64,000 nt of DNA from Chiloscyllium plagiosum (lineage: Eukaryota): contig NC_057728.1 in NCBI RefSeq assembly GCF_004010195.1, forward strand, positions 53,860,535-53,924,534, written 5' to 3'. Position numbers and translations under genes: made by a program. The notes under the pieces were generated by a model. It was not told where the DNA came from and did not search any database. It saw only the letters and a list, made by a program, of their open reading frames with translations. Positions 12,906-25,299 of the stretch are shown piece after piece (the stretch's first letter is position 1; every line of letters starts with the position of its first letter).

Positions 12906-13412
12906 TCATAGAGTCATAGAGATGTACAGCACGGAAACAGACCCTTCGGTCCAACTTGTCCATGCTGGGCAGATATCCCAACCCAATCTAGTCTCACCTG
13001 CCAGCGCTTGGCCCATATCCTTCCAAACACTTCCTATTCATATACCCATCCAGATGCCTTTTGAATGTTGCAATTGTACCAGCCTCCACCACTTCCTCTG
13101 GCAGCTCATTCCATAAACATACCACCCTCTGTGTGAAAAAATTGCCCCTTAGGTCTCTTTTATATCTTTCCCCTCTCACCCTAAATCTATGCCCTCTAGT
13201 TCTGGACTCCCCCATCCCAGGGAAAAGACTTTGTCTATTTATCCTATCCATGCCTCTCATAATTTTGTAAACCTCTATAAGGTCACCTCTCAACTTCCGA
13301 TTCTCCAGGGAAAACAGCCCCAGCCTATTCAACCTCTCCCGATAGCTCAAATCGTCCAACCCTGGCAACATTCTTGTAAATCTTTTCTGAATCCTTTCAA
13401 GTTTCACAACAT
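12906..13412 (-). mobile_element. CR1/HER1-like LINE 3' fragment
   Basis: [18 protein letters not shown]...RGDLIEVYKIM...WNELPEEVV on the minus strand, with a ctctatgactctatga tail. Confidence 0.92.
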
Positions 13413-13419
13413 GTTGGGA

Positions 13420-13708
13420 AGCCAGAACTAGAGGGCATAGGTTTAGGGTGAGAGGTGAAAGATATAAAAGAGACCTAAGGGCCAACTTTTTCACACAGAG
13501 GGTGGTACGTGTATGGAATGAGCTGCCAGAGGATGTGGTGGAAGCTGGTACAATTACAACATTTAAGAGGCATTTGGATGGGTATATGAATAGGAAGGGT
13601 TTGGAGGGATATGGGCCAGGTGCTGGCAGGTGGGACTGGATTGGGTCGGCATGTACAGGTTGGACCGAAGGGTCTGTTTCCATGCTGTACATCTCCATGA
13701 CTCTATGT
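13420..13708 (+). mobile_element. CR1/HER1-like LINE 3' fragment, inverted relative to its neighbour
   Basis: RGERYKRDLRANFFTQRVVRVWNELP on the plus strand, with a ctccatgactctatg tail. Confidence 0.92.
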
Positions 13709-13711
13709 TAA

Positions 13712-13900
13712 GTGATCGGACCAACCCAAAGAAACCCAAACATATAAATAGAAAGCAGGAATTATCAACAGTACTTCATCCAGAGGCCACTGAAGATGTT
13801 ACGGGTGGTGAAACGTCTTGAATTGACCTTTGCAGCTCAGCGAGCAAACCCACATCCAGAACCTCAACCTGAGCTACAAATCTTCTCAATGTTCGCTAAT
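13712..13900 (+). mobile_element. Penelope family C 3' terminal fragment with hammerhead-like core
   Basis: Matches 42330-42518. CACTGAAGATGTTAC...GTGAAACGTC lies at about 13788-13818. Confidence 0.7.
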
Positions 13901-13999
13901 GCCAACAATGAATATAATTTACTTTTCAAAAAGCAATAAAAAATGAAATGTAATAAAAACTTCATTATCTTATTAAACAATTACAAAATGACATTCAGC

Positions 14000-14770
14000 T
14001 AAGGAAGGATAGTGGAGGAAGCGATTGCTATGCTTTCCTTTATTAGTCAGTGCATTGAGTATATGAGTCAGGAGGTCATGTTGTAACTGTACAGGATATT
14101 GGTTAGGCCACTTTTGGAATATTGTGTGTAATTCTGGTCTCCATCCTATCAGAAGGATGTTGTCAAACTTGAAAGGGTTCAGAAAACATTTACAAGGATA
14201 TTGCCAAGGTTGGAGGATTTAAGCTTTAGGGAGAGGTTGAATAGGCTGGGGCTGTTTTCCCTGTAGCATTAGAGGTTGAGGGGTGACCTTATAGAGGTTT
14301 ATTAAATCATGAGAGGCATGGACAGGGTAAACAGACAAATTCTTTTCCCTGGGATGGGGGAGTCCAGAACTACAGGGCATGATTTTAGGGTGAGAGAGGA
14401 AAGACTTAAAAAGGACCTAAGGGGCAACGTTTTCATGCAGAGGATTGTGCATGAATGGAATGAGCTACCAGAGGAAGTGGTAGAGGCTGGTACAGTTACA
14501 ACATTTCAAAGGCATCTGAATGGGTATAAGAATAGTAAGGGTTTAGAGGGATATGGGCCAAATGGGTCTAGATTAAAAATCACACAACACCAGGAGTAGA
14601 GAATTTGCAAACATTTCTCCTGGTTATAACCTGGTGTTGTGTGATTTTTAACTTTGTACACCCCAGTCCAACACCGGCATCTCCGAATCGGGTCTAGATT
14701 AGGTTAGGATGTCTGGTCGACATGGACGAGTTGGACCGAAGGGTCAGTTTCCTTGCTGTACATGACTCTA
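14000..14770 (+). mobile_element. CR1/HER1-like LINE 3' fragment, interrupted at 14576-14689
   Basis: RPLLEYCV, RGDLIEVY and WNELPEEVV remnants plus the 3' tail. Confidence 0.9.
14576..14689. mobile_element. Penelope family B minimal fold-back with 12-bp TSD
   Basis: aaaaatcacacaacaccagg / cctggtgttgtgtgattttt arms. gggtctagatta is duplicated at 14564-14575 and 14690-14701. Confidence 0.8.
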
Positions 14771-15557
14771 AAGAAGAAAGACATGAAAAAGTCTTCTGAT
14801 AAATGAGGCAAATCCTAATAACATATGAAATAGGCCATTTGTCCCCTCAATATTGCACCATCTTTAAATAAGATCATGGCTGATTTCTGTTTCAAATTCA
14901 ACTTTCCATGTTATCCTTCCCTGAGTTCTCTCAGCTAGAAAGTTATTGGTCTTTGTGTTGAATATGCTCAAAGACTGAACATCCGCATCTCTCTGGAGTA
15001 GAGAATTTGCAAACATTTCTCTCACCTGAATTCTAAATGGCCAACCCCTTATGCTAACACTGTGACTCCTAGATCTAGGTTCCCTAATCAGGAGAAACTG
15101 CTTTCTAGCAATTCACACAACCAAGCTTACAAAGAACATTATATATTTCAAAGAGACCATATCTCATATTTCTAAATATAGGTATAGGTCTAAATTACTC
15201 AGTTTCATCTCAAAGACAGCTATTAATCATTACCTCACACCACAATGACTGCCCTGTTAAAGAATTTATTAATTACAAGACAGGATGTGTCTTCAAACAG
15301 ATAGTTGAAGCCAAATGTAACTACGAACAGAGGAGTTAATTCTGATAAGGAAGCAAGCTGCAGTCTCAAGGATTCCAAAAGAGTAATCAATATTTTGGAT
15401 GAATGGAATCTGAAGAATCATCAATAATATCACATCGTGGTCCTGAAGGATGGAAACCTGTATAAGAACAACACCAGAACTCTTCATTAGCAGAACATCG
15501 AAGAACAACACTGCACAAGGATCAAAACCTGGAAGTTTCCAGAGGCAGACTTTGTCG

Positions 15558-16520
15558 TAGAGTCATACAACATGGAAACGCTCTCTTTGATCCAACCAGT
15601 CCATGCCAACCATAATCCCAAACTAAACTAGTCCGACCTGCCTGCGCTTGGCCCATATCTTTCCAAACATTTCTTATTAGATTAGATTACTTACAGTGTG
15701 GGAACAGGCCCTTTGGCCCAACAAGTCCACACTGACCCGCCGAAGCGCAACCCACCCAGACACATTCCCCTACATTTATCCCTTCACCTAACACTAGGGG
15801 CAATTTAGCCTGGCCAATTCACCTAACCTGCACATTTTCGGATTGTGGGAGGAAACTGGAGCACCCGGCGGAAACCCACGCAGACACAGGGAGAATGTGC
15901 AAACTCCACACAGTGAGTCGCCTGAGGTGGGAATTGAACCCGGGTCTCTGGCACTGTGAGGCGGCAGTGCTAACCACTGTGCCACTCTGCCGCCCACTTA
16001 TCCAAGTGTCTTGTAAATGTTGTAACTTTACCCACATTCACCACTTTCTCTAAACATTCGTTCCACACACAAACTACTCTGTGTGTGAAAATGTTGCCCC
16101 TATGACTTTTTTCAATCTTTATCCTCTCACCTTAAAAATATGCCCGCTAGTCTTGAAATCCCCTACCCGAGGGAAAAGACAGTTGACATTCACCTTATCT
16201 ATGCCCTTCATGGTTTTATAAACTTTTAAATGGTCACCCCTCAACCTCCTACACTCCAGTGAAGAAGTTCCCAGCCTATCCAGCCTCTCCTTATAACTCA
16301 AAACCTTCACTCCCGGCAACATCCTGGTAAATCTCTTCTGCACCATCTCCAGCTTAATAATATCTTTCATAAAACAGGATATCCAGAATTGGATGCAGGA
16401 CCCCAGAAGAGACCTCACCAACATCCTGTACAACCTCAACATCATGTCCGAACTCCTATACTCAAAGGCCTGAGCAATAAACGCAGGCATAATAAATTTC
16501 TTTTTAACCACCCTACCTAT
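15558..16520 (-). mobile_element. CR1/HER1-like LINE 3' fragment hosting a SINE
   Basis: ORF 16119-16511 ([25 protein letters not shown]). Confidence 0.9.
15678..15995 (-). mobile_element. HE1-like V-SINE
   Basis: tRNA-like head (A box TGGCACAGTGG, B box GGTTCAATTCC), core, CR1-like tail and (AATCT)n. Confidence 0.9.
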
Positions 16521-16521
16521 G

Positions 16522-17335
16522 TAGAGTCAGAGAGATGTACAGCACAGAAACAGACCCTTCAGTCTAAGTCGTCCATGCCGACCAGATATTCCAACCCAAT
16601 CTAGTCCCACCTGCCAGCACCTGGCCCATTTCCCTCCAAACCCTTCCTATTCATATACCTCTCCAGAGGCCTTTTAAATGCTGCAATTGTACCAGCCTCC
16701 ACCACTTCCTCTGGCAGCTCATTCCATACACGTACCACCCTCTGTGTGAAAAAGTTGCCCCTTAGGTCTCTTTTATATCTTTCCCCTCTCACCCTAAACC
16801 TATGCCCTCTAGTTCTGTACTCCCCCACCCCAGTGGAAAAACCTTGTCTATTTACACTATCCATGCCCCTCATGATTTTATAACCTCTGTAAGGTCACCC
16901 CTCAGTCTCCAACGCTCCAGGGAAAACAGCCCTAGCCTATTCAACGTCTCCCTATAGCTCAAATCTTCCAAACCTGGCAACATCCTCGTAAATCTTTTCT
17001 GAACCCTTTCAAGTTTTACAACATCTTTCCGATAGGAAGAAGACCAGAATTGCATGCAAAAATCCAAAAGTGGCCTGACCAATGTCCTGTACAGCCTCAA
17101 CATGACCTCCCAACTCCTGTATTTTATACTCTGACCAATAAAGGAAAGCATACCAAAAGCCTTCTTCACTATCCTGTCTACCTGCAACTCTTCTTTCAAG
17201 GTGCTATGAACCTGCACTCCAAGATCTCTTTATTCAGTAACACTCCCTGGGACCTTATCATTAAGTGTATAACTCCTACTAAGGTTTGCTTTCCCAAAAT
17301 ACGCAAACTTCAAAGAACTATGTACCTGCACCCCT
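16522..17335 (-). mobile_element. CR1/HER1-like LINE 3' fragment
   Basis: ORFs 16870-17217 and 16601-16873 are consecutive CR1 ORF2 C-terminal pieces. Confidence 0.92.
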
Positions 17336-18434
17336 AGGTCATTTGGAATCATATCTGAATTGTATCATTAACTGGGTAATAGCCAAGTTATGAGACTTAG
17401 CTTGCTTATTTGAGGGGTCGTATGTCACTTGTTACATGCAATAAAGTTTAAACCACTGTTTCAGTACTTGATTGTTTCTGAGGTTGCTTAATAAGTAGCC
17501 AAATTAAGGGTAACCTGTTGTGATTTATGCACCTACCTGGAGTCAGTCTAGTCAGCATTTGTTGTATGCCTTGTAAGGTAATTATATCCTTTCTTAGATG
17601 AGGAAATCAAAACTGAGGTAGGTATACTAATACCCCCTATAATTGTAAGAAGGCTCCTTCATTCCTACACCCCAATCATTCTGTGACAAAAGTGAACAGT
17701 CCATTTGCTTTCTCTTTCGCTAGCTGCATCTTTACTCCTTGTGATTTGTGTTCCAGGTCTTCAGATTCCTCTGATTCAGCATCTCTCAGAAATATTCTGC
17801 TTCTCTTTTATTTCTTATTACAATGGCTTCACACTTTTCCACATTATCTTCCATCAGCCCTATTCACTCAGCCTGTTTTTTTTTAATGGAAGTTTCCTTG
17901 CAACTTTCCTTTCCTTTCCTTTGTGTTATCTTGATTTGTGACCCGCACAGCACACAATTACCGTACTGGGTGTTGGCGCTAATTAGCAACTTTATCCAAA
18001 AATGGAAAGGCGGTTAATTCAGGAAATGGAAATGGCATAAGTGTAAAAGTACAGCTACAAAGGTTATCCTATTGTTCATGACTGTTACAAGGATATATTG
18101 GTTTTGTACATGATAACTGGACTTATGGGGTCAAATTAAAAGTAGTTTACAGAGATCATTAACTCTATTCCCTGAAGCCTTCAAGATTAAGAGGGGGGAT
18201 CAAATCAAATTCTTTAAGATGATTAAAGATTTAGTCGTTCGATAGAGAAAAACACTTTGAATAATCACCTCTATCCTTGGTCTTCCCCAGATTTCACATC
18301 TAAATGCTGCCTCTTAGTGACTTTATCCAAACGTCGTGTGCTGAAGACACCAAGCTCCAATTATCCACTATCTTTTAGGCTCCTTCACTGTCACAAAGGC
18401 TACCTGACATCCAAAAGTGGATAAGTAGAAGTTA

Positions 18435-18660
18435 ACTTCAAGTAAATAATGTTGCCATAGTCTTAGTGGACCGTAGGGCTGCTCCTTCTGACAGAGAGAT
18501 GACTGGTTGTGGTTTAACCTGAGGTCACCATGCCTCAGGTGAAGGGAGAGGTTGAGAAGTAGAGTCCTTCACAGTAACGTCAGCCAATGACAGGCATGCA
18601 AGTGATGGAGTTGATGTCAATCGGCATTGTGCACCACCATCTAGCCAACTGAGCTAACCA
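18435..18660 (-). mobile_element. tRNA-derived SINE, separate family
   Basis: Reverse complement resembles 44763-44950 (ggtt..ctcagttggct head, ctcaggtt.aacca core, ctatg..gac tail). Confidence 0.6.
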
Positions 18661-18701
18661 CTTGTTGGAATCCCATGTAGACTCGACCTGTTAAGGATGA
18701 C

Positions 18702-18930
18702 TAGGAGAAAGGGAGGAGTGAAGATGCTGGCGATCATAGTCAAAAAGTGTGGTGCTGAAAAGCACAGCTGATCAGGCAGCACCTGAGGAGCAGGAGAGTC
18801 GATGTTTTGAGCATAAGCTTTTCATCAGGACTTCCCGATGAAGAGTTTATGCTCAAAATGTTGACTCTCCTGCTCCTTGGATGCTGCCTGACTGGCTGTG
18901 CTTTTTCAGCACCAGACTTTTTGACTCGGG
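18702..18930. mobile_element. Penelope family A fold-back with 10-bp TSD
   Basis: Long inverted arms. taaggatgac occurs at 18692-18701 and 18931-18940. Confidence 0.8.
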
Positions 18931-19104
18931 TAAGGATGACAGATGCCCTTCCTTAAAAGACATTAATGAGCAAGATTGGGTTCTGCAACAAATGACAGTG
19001 GTTGTATAGTTGTCATTAGGTTGGCTTTCAGTTTCAGAAATTTACTGAATTCACATTTCTCCATCTGTAATGGTGGAATTCAAAACCATGATCTCAGAGC
19101 ATTA

Positions 19105-19247
19105 TAGAGTCATAGGGATGTACAGCATGGAAACAGGCCCTTCGGTCCAACCCATCCATGTCGACCAGATATCGCAACCCAATCTAGTCCCACTTGTCAG
19201 CACTTGGCCCTTATCCTTCTAAACCCTTCCTATTCATATATCCATCC
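19105..19247 (-). mobile_element. CR1/HER1-like 3' tail fragment nested in an older SINE
   Basis: Matches the CR1 3' UTR and tail seen at 12906. Confidence 0.8.
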
Positions 19248-21424
19248 AATAGCCTGGGGTTTTGGGTTAACTGGTCCAGTGATGTGACCACAATGCCATT
19301 GCCCACCCCTCCCCACGGTGGCTCTCCGAAACTGTGCCAAAAGCTCTCTATGATCTCCTCCTCTGACAAAACAGGCTGAACAATCAGTCTCGATGTTCCT
19401 ATGCAGGAACGATGGACTGAAGGATCTCTTTTGCACCATAATAACTCCATGATTCTGGATTCATAAATTCCTATCCATCTGCCCAACAGCAAGGATTTGA
19501 CAGAGACAGGGTTCAATGAATTTATGACGCTGTTGTCAAAAAGTTGTTTCAGATACCAGTATCCTACTCCGTGGCCAGGCATGCTCAACAATGTCCAGAA
19601 AGTGCTCCACTGATTTTCAAAAGATTGTCCAACTCCATTTTTCAAAGGTACCCACATGCTACAATGTTTTTTCTTTGATCTTTAGGGCCAAGCCTGATTC
19701 TTATTACCAATAATTAAATAGCCATCATCTTGGAAATTGAAGTAGAAATAACTTGGGAGAAAGCTACAGATAGGAAAGACTATGGCTGTCCGAAGAAAAT
19801 GAATAGAGGCAATCATCTTTTATCCATTAAGCACTTGTCAATGTCTGTTTTTATTCTGTAGAAATTTGTGGTATCTGGTGGATATTTTTCATTTTGGTCT
19901 TGGAAACAAATCTGTCCAAAAGTGTAATCAGGTTAAAAGCTGTGAATAAATGTTAAAATCTATTGGGTTCGTCTTTTCCATTTGTCACTGGGGTAAAGCC
20001 AAATACTACATTTCTGCCACTTTCTCACTAATCATGACTAACAGAGTGGATATTACCCAATATAAACAACAGGCATATTGATTTATGTGCCACTTCATTG
20101 CAGAGTATGAGCTTGGCGAGGTGTTTACAACTTAGTTAATGTAATTTACAGTCCTTGCAGTATTGGTATAGAAAGACTCATTAATTTACACTGAACTCCA
20201 CTCTGATGGGTATTAATGATTAAGTTGTACAATTCATCTAACAGATGCTGGATGGAATAACTAATAATAAAAGGTTGCGCTGCTTATGAATAGCATTTGC
20301 GTGTCTTTTGATTCACTGGGGACTGACAAAGGCTGTCAGTATAATTGCCTTCAACACCTGTGATTGAAATGTTTAAAGGGTCTCACGTTTTCACTTCCAT
20401 CTCTACCATGACAGAGGAAAACAATCACCTGCCTTCATTTATAATGCATCAGGTTCTACAGTACAGGGCAGACTTACCATAATTCTTTAATGTGAAAAAT
20501 AAAATATGGTTTGTCTAGAGATCTGGCAGTTCAGTCTTATAAAGTATTATATATACTTATTATTGCTATGCATGAGATTTTGTTTTGATTGATGATGTAT
20601 TAAACACTTTTGTCATTAAACTATGTTGATTCATTCTAGACTGTGGACAGAAGATGGGAAAACTCGAGGACTGTACAATGTGAAGAGCAGTGGACTGATT
20701 CCTTTCTTTGTCCCACTCCTCCATTGGTCACAAAATGGAAGTGATGGCGCCAATTATATATTCATATATATTTAGCAGTCTGTGTACCTCCCAGTATTAA
20801 AAACAAGTCACCCAGGTTGCTTGAGTAACAAATAAAGAACTAGTTTATAGCAAAATAAACATGTTCAAACAAAGCTGTAATAATTATGAACAAAGTGTTT
20901 AAACTGTGCAAACATACACAACCCCTCCTGATAAATAACATGTACATATATGTACATTGACAATGTCCCAACTGGGAAAAAAAAGCATAAAACTTTGCAG
21001 AGTGTTGCTTTAGAACTTACGTCAGTTAAATTAAGAAAACAAATTATTCATAGATTGTCAAAATATTGTTCTTTAGCTGAAGTCAGTTTGCTCACAATTT
21101 GTGGACGTTATTATTTTTCTCTGGATCAGTTATGGCTGTCTGATTCCACTTTCTGGAGCTAGAGGAGTCAAGTTCAAATTCTCCTTTAATAGCACTCTAC
21201 CTCTGGTGATAAGATTTTCCAGTTGGTTTTCAACTCATAAACTTTGATGATTAGAGTTTCATAGAAGAGTAGGGGAGTAGGTAAAAACCATTGCTCCAGG
21301 CAAGTTATCTCTCGACTATCTGTGTTGAAATCCAATTACTTTATTAAATACACAAATTGAATATGTGACTGTCCCTGGCAGAATTGTATACTCAGTGACT
21401 GTATTCTTTCCAAAGAGCGCTTTA

Positions 21425-21787
21425 GGGAACATCTCAGAGACACCCGCATCAATCAACCAAATCGCCCAGTGGCTCAACATTTCAACTCCCCCTCCCACTC
21501 TGCCGAGGATATGGAGGTGCTGGGCCTCCTCCACCGCCGCTCCCTCACCACCAGACGCCTGGAGGAAGAACGCCTCATCTTCCCCCTAAGGCTTTCTCTA
21601 GGTATGTCAGGAATGAAAGAATGACTAGGGTAGGAATAGGTCCCCACCCTCCTCTAGCTTATCTCTCCATGCTTCAGGCTGTCTGCCTTTATTCCTGATG
21701 AAGGGCTTTTGCCCGAAACGTCGATTTTGCCTGTCCTCGGATGCTGCCTGAATTGCTGTGCTCTTCCAGCACCACTGATCCAGAATA
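21425..21787 (+). mobile_element. Penelope family A 3' fragment (C-terminus of the GIY-YIG region + terminal repeat)
   Basis: Translates VAQHFNSPSHSAEDMEVLGLLHRRSLTTRRLEEERLIF, followed by the family A terminal repeat. Confidence 0.85.
21691..21726 (+). ncRNA. Minimal type I hammerhead ribozyme motif (PLE-associated)
   Basis: ATTC CTGATGA A GGGC TTTT GCCC GAAAC GTC GATT. Confidence 0.65.
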
Positions 21788-22070
21788 TTCTTTCCAAATG
21801 TAATGTCATTTCTTACTGCAGCCAGTTTATTTTGCTATACAAAATGGTATTTTTCCAAAAAGACCAAGATAAATATATATGTCCAGTCAAATGTTAATTG
21901 AAGATCATTTTCTTGCACTCATCAGGATAATTCACAAGAATAGGAATTCAAAACCAACATGTAGATTGTGAAAAAATTTTAAGGGGAAACCAACATTTTC
22001 CGGGTTGCTAATTTTCTCTCTGCTAAAGTTATTATGTATTTAATAAATAGTGAAGAATTTCACTATCAGT

Positions 22071-22398
22071 GGGTGGCACGGTGGCACAGTGGTTAGCACT
22101 GCTGCCTCGCAGCGCTAGAGACCCGGGTTCAATTCCCGCCTCAGGCGACTGACTGTGTGGAGTTTGCACGTTCTCCCCGTGTCTGCGTGGGTTTCCTCCG
22201 GGTGCTCCGGTTTCCTCCCACAGTCCAAAGATGTGCAGGTCAGGTGAATTGGCCATGCTAAATTGCCTGTAGTGTTAGGTAAGGGGTAAATGTTGGGGTA
22301 TGGGTGGGTTACGCTTCGGCGGGTCGGTGTGGACTTGTTGGGCCGAAGGGCCTGTTTCCACACTGTAAAGTAATCTAATCTAATCTAATCTAATCTAA
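22071..22398 (+). mobile_element. HE1-like V-SINE, young full-length copy
   Basis: A/B boxes, CpG-rich, nearly identical to 30738-31060, (AATCT)n tail. Confidence 0.93.
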
Positions 22399-22636
22399 TT
22401 TTGTTTAAGATACAAAACTAGTGTCTGGAAATTAATTATTCGCAAAGTCTGGGATTGGTTGTTCAAAGGTCTGCTAGGAACCATTGGGATGACTATTTGG
22501 GGGTCTTCGATAGGTTAGTTTTACTGTGTTGTGAATACAGGGACAAAAAGGTTGACTTGGTTCGGCTATCTATCTCTGTGTTCAAAGTTAAAAATCACAG
22601 AACACCAGGTTATAGTCCAACAGGTTTATTTGGAAG

Positions 22637-22671
22637 CACTAGCTTTCAGAGCACTGCTCCTTCATCAGGTG
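22637..22671 (-). ncRNA. Minimal hammerhead ribozyme motif, family B
   Basis: The minus strand reads CAC CTGATGA A GGAGC AGT GCTCT GAAA GCTA GTG, giving stem I CAC/GTG and palindromic AGCT. Confidence 0.6.
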
Positions 22672-23019
22672 GTTGTGGAGTATAAGATCGTAAGACACAG
22701 AATTTATAGCAAATGCTTACAGTGTGATGTAACTGAAATTACATATTGAAAAAGACTTGGATTGTTTATTAAGTCTCTCATCTTTTAGAATGAACATGAT
22801 CGTTTCAATTCTTTCATATGATAAATCGCAGACATTTTTTAAAGTTACATTCCCAAGTTAACTTTAACAATTGGTGTCATGTCGGCCCAGATAATGCATG
22901 TACAGTGTGAGGTGTCATGTGTGAGACTGATTCTAATCTAAAAAAGGGATTTACAGAATCTTACATGGATTCATGCAGTTTTTGAGCAAAATAAAATGTA
23001 ATTCATTCCACAAACCTAT

Positions 23020-23297
23020 ATGTGAATGTGTGCATGTGTGTGTGTGTGGGGGGGGGGGGGGGGGGAGACGGTGTGGTAAGAAGGTTTATGAATGCCTGTG
23101 AGAGAGTGTGAGTGTAAAGGGTTATAAGTCTGTGAGAGGGTGCATGTGTGCAAGTGAGTGAATGTGTCAGCATATGAGAAAGACCTTGTGTATAAGAGAG
23201 GGTCTGCATGAGTGTGTGTGCCTGTAGGATTGTGTGCGTGTGTCTGTAGGAGTGTGTGTGTGTGCACATCTGGGGGTGTATGTGTGTGTGTGTGTAG
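23020..23297. repeat. Degenerate (TG)n tract with a poly-G run
   Basis: Visible TG repeats, with a G run at about 23048-23066. Confidence 0.85.
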
Positions 23298-24334
23298 TGG
23301 GGTCACCGGTAGTGTGAATTGAACCCAAGGTCCTGGTTGAAGCCATCCCCATTGGTACCGAACTTATTGCCTGTCCCGAAGTCCGCCTTGGAGGAAGGTC
23401 ACCCAAAGATCCAAGGTCGAACGTCCCAGACCGCTCAAGTGTTCCCCATTGGGAGGGAACACCCCTGTCTGTCGGTTGTGCAGTGTCCATTCATCCATTG
23501 CCTTGGCCTCTGCTCGGTCTTGCCAATGTACTATGCCTCAGGGCATCCTTACCTGCAGCATTATGAGATAGACAACGTTGGCTGAGTCGCATGAGTACTT
23601 GCCATGTACATGGTGGGAGGTGTACCCATACATAATGGTGATATCCGTGTCGACACTCTGACACGTCATGCAGCATCTACCGTGACAAGGTTGTGTGGTG
23701 TTAAAAGAATTATCTGGACCGACGTGACACCAATTGTAAAAGTTCACTTGAGAATGTAACTTTTAAAAAATTCTGTGATTTACATGTGAAAGAACTGAAA
23801 CCAACATGTTCATTCTAAAAGATGAGAGACTTAACAAATAATCTAGGACTTTTTCAATATATAATTTCAGTTACATCACACTGTAAACATTTGCTAATTC
23901 TGTATCTTATGATCTTATACTCCACAACCACCTGATGAAGGAGCAGCGCTCCAAAAGCTAGTGCATCCAAATAAACCTATTGGACGATAACCTGGTGTTG
24001 TGTGATTTTTAACTTTGTACACCCCAGTCCAACAGCAGCATCTCCAAATCATATCTTGATGTTGTAATACTTGTCAGGCCCTCAAAAGAATTTTGGATCT
24101 TTTAATGATTCTGCCTGTTACTCTTTGAGACACCAGCAACTGAAGGCCCACTCAATAGGGAGAAATAGGTATTTCTGAATAGAGACACAAATCCTTCAAT
24201 ATTCATCATTATTCTATCAGCAACCTTCTCTCATGCTATTAGGAGTTGTGATAGTTTGAAATTTGGCATTCTTGCATTTGCACTGACGAATGTAAGATGA
24301 AATGTTTTGTCAATATTCTTTTTGGCAACATTTG

Positions 24335-25005
24335 GGGGGGCATGGTGGCTCAGTGGTTAGCACTGCTTCCTCACAATGTCAGAGACCCAGGTTTAATTCC
24401 ACCCTTGGGTGACTCTGTCTGGAGTTTCCATATTCTCTTCAAGTCAGTGTGGTTTCCCTCCAGGTACTCCAGTTTCCTCCCACAGTCCAAAGCTGTGCAG
24501 GTTGGGTGGATTGACCATGGATTGTGGGGGGCACGGTGGCACAGTGGCTAGCACTGCTGCCTCACAGTGCCAGAAACCCGGGTTCAATTCCCGCCTCAGG
24601 CAACTGTCTATGTGGAGTTTGCACATTCTCCCCGTGTCTGCGTGGGTTTCCTCCGGGTGCTCCGGTTTCCTCCCACAGTCCAAAAATGTGCAAGTTAGGT
24701 GAATTGGCCATGCTAAATTGCCTGCAGTGTTAGGTGAAGGGGTAAATGTAGGGGAATGGGTCTGGACGGGTTGCTCTTCGGAGGGTCGGTGTGGACTTGT
24801 TGGGCCGAAGGGCCTGTTTCCACACTGTAAGTAATCTAATCTAAATTGCCAACAGTGTGAAGGCCAGGTGGGTTAACCATGGGAAATGCAGGGTTATAGG
24901 GATAGAGTAGGGGCATGGGACTGGGTGGGATGTTCTTTAGAGGGGTAATGTGGAGTCAATGAGCCAAATGGCCCGCTTCCATGCTGTAGGGGATCTATGA
25001 TTCAA
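24335..25005 (+). mobile_element. Older HE1-like SINE with a younger HE1-like SINE nested at about 24525-24843
   Basis: The old copy breaks at ttgaccatg and resumes at aaattgcc after the young copy's tail. Confidence 0.85.
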
Positions 25006-25299
25006 ACTGTCAACTTCCATATAACTATTTGAAGACAGGGTAGTAAAATAGCTATGTGAATCAGAACATAATAAAGGCAAGGTGATAACTGACAAACATA
25101 TAGAAAACTGAATCCATATGACTTGAAATAAAGGATGGAATGAATTGATCACTCTATTACTATTAAATAGTGAAGTAGTAGGACAAGGAAATGGACAAGT
25201 ATATGGAATGAGTAAAACAACACTGAATCAAAATAATGGGGCATTTCCACCATTCCCATTTACACTGTTTAACCCAAAACATTTAAAAAACCAATCAAA

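Larger units (their letters stand above)
22583..24052. mobile_element. Penelope family B element with inverted terminal copies and GIY-YIG remnant
   Basis: 22583-22870 is the inverted copy of about 23745-24020. The minus strand has YSCDSANVVYLI then CPEA.YIGKT, with a CA/TG-rich 3' UTR. Confidence 0.85.

Noticed and set aside
12994..13698. 234-aa minus-strand ORF
   Set aside because: Antisense CR1 fused to sense CR1 across the inverted junction.
15293..15540. Hydrophobic minus-strand ORF as a membrane-protein exon
   Set aside because: No recognisable motif or convincing splice sites; hydrophobicity reflects the A-rich plus strand.
22071..22145. tRNA gene
   Set aside because: The A/B boxes belong to the SINE head; there is no complete cloverleaf, and it continues into the SINE core.
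23003..23306. His/Thr-rich ORFs
   Set aside because: Translation of a CA-rich microsatellite within a Penelope UTR.
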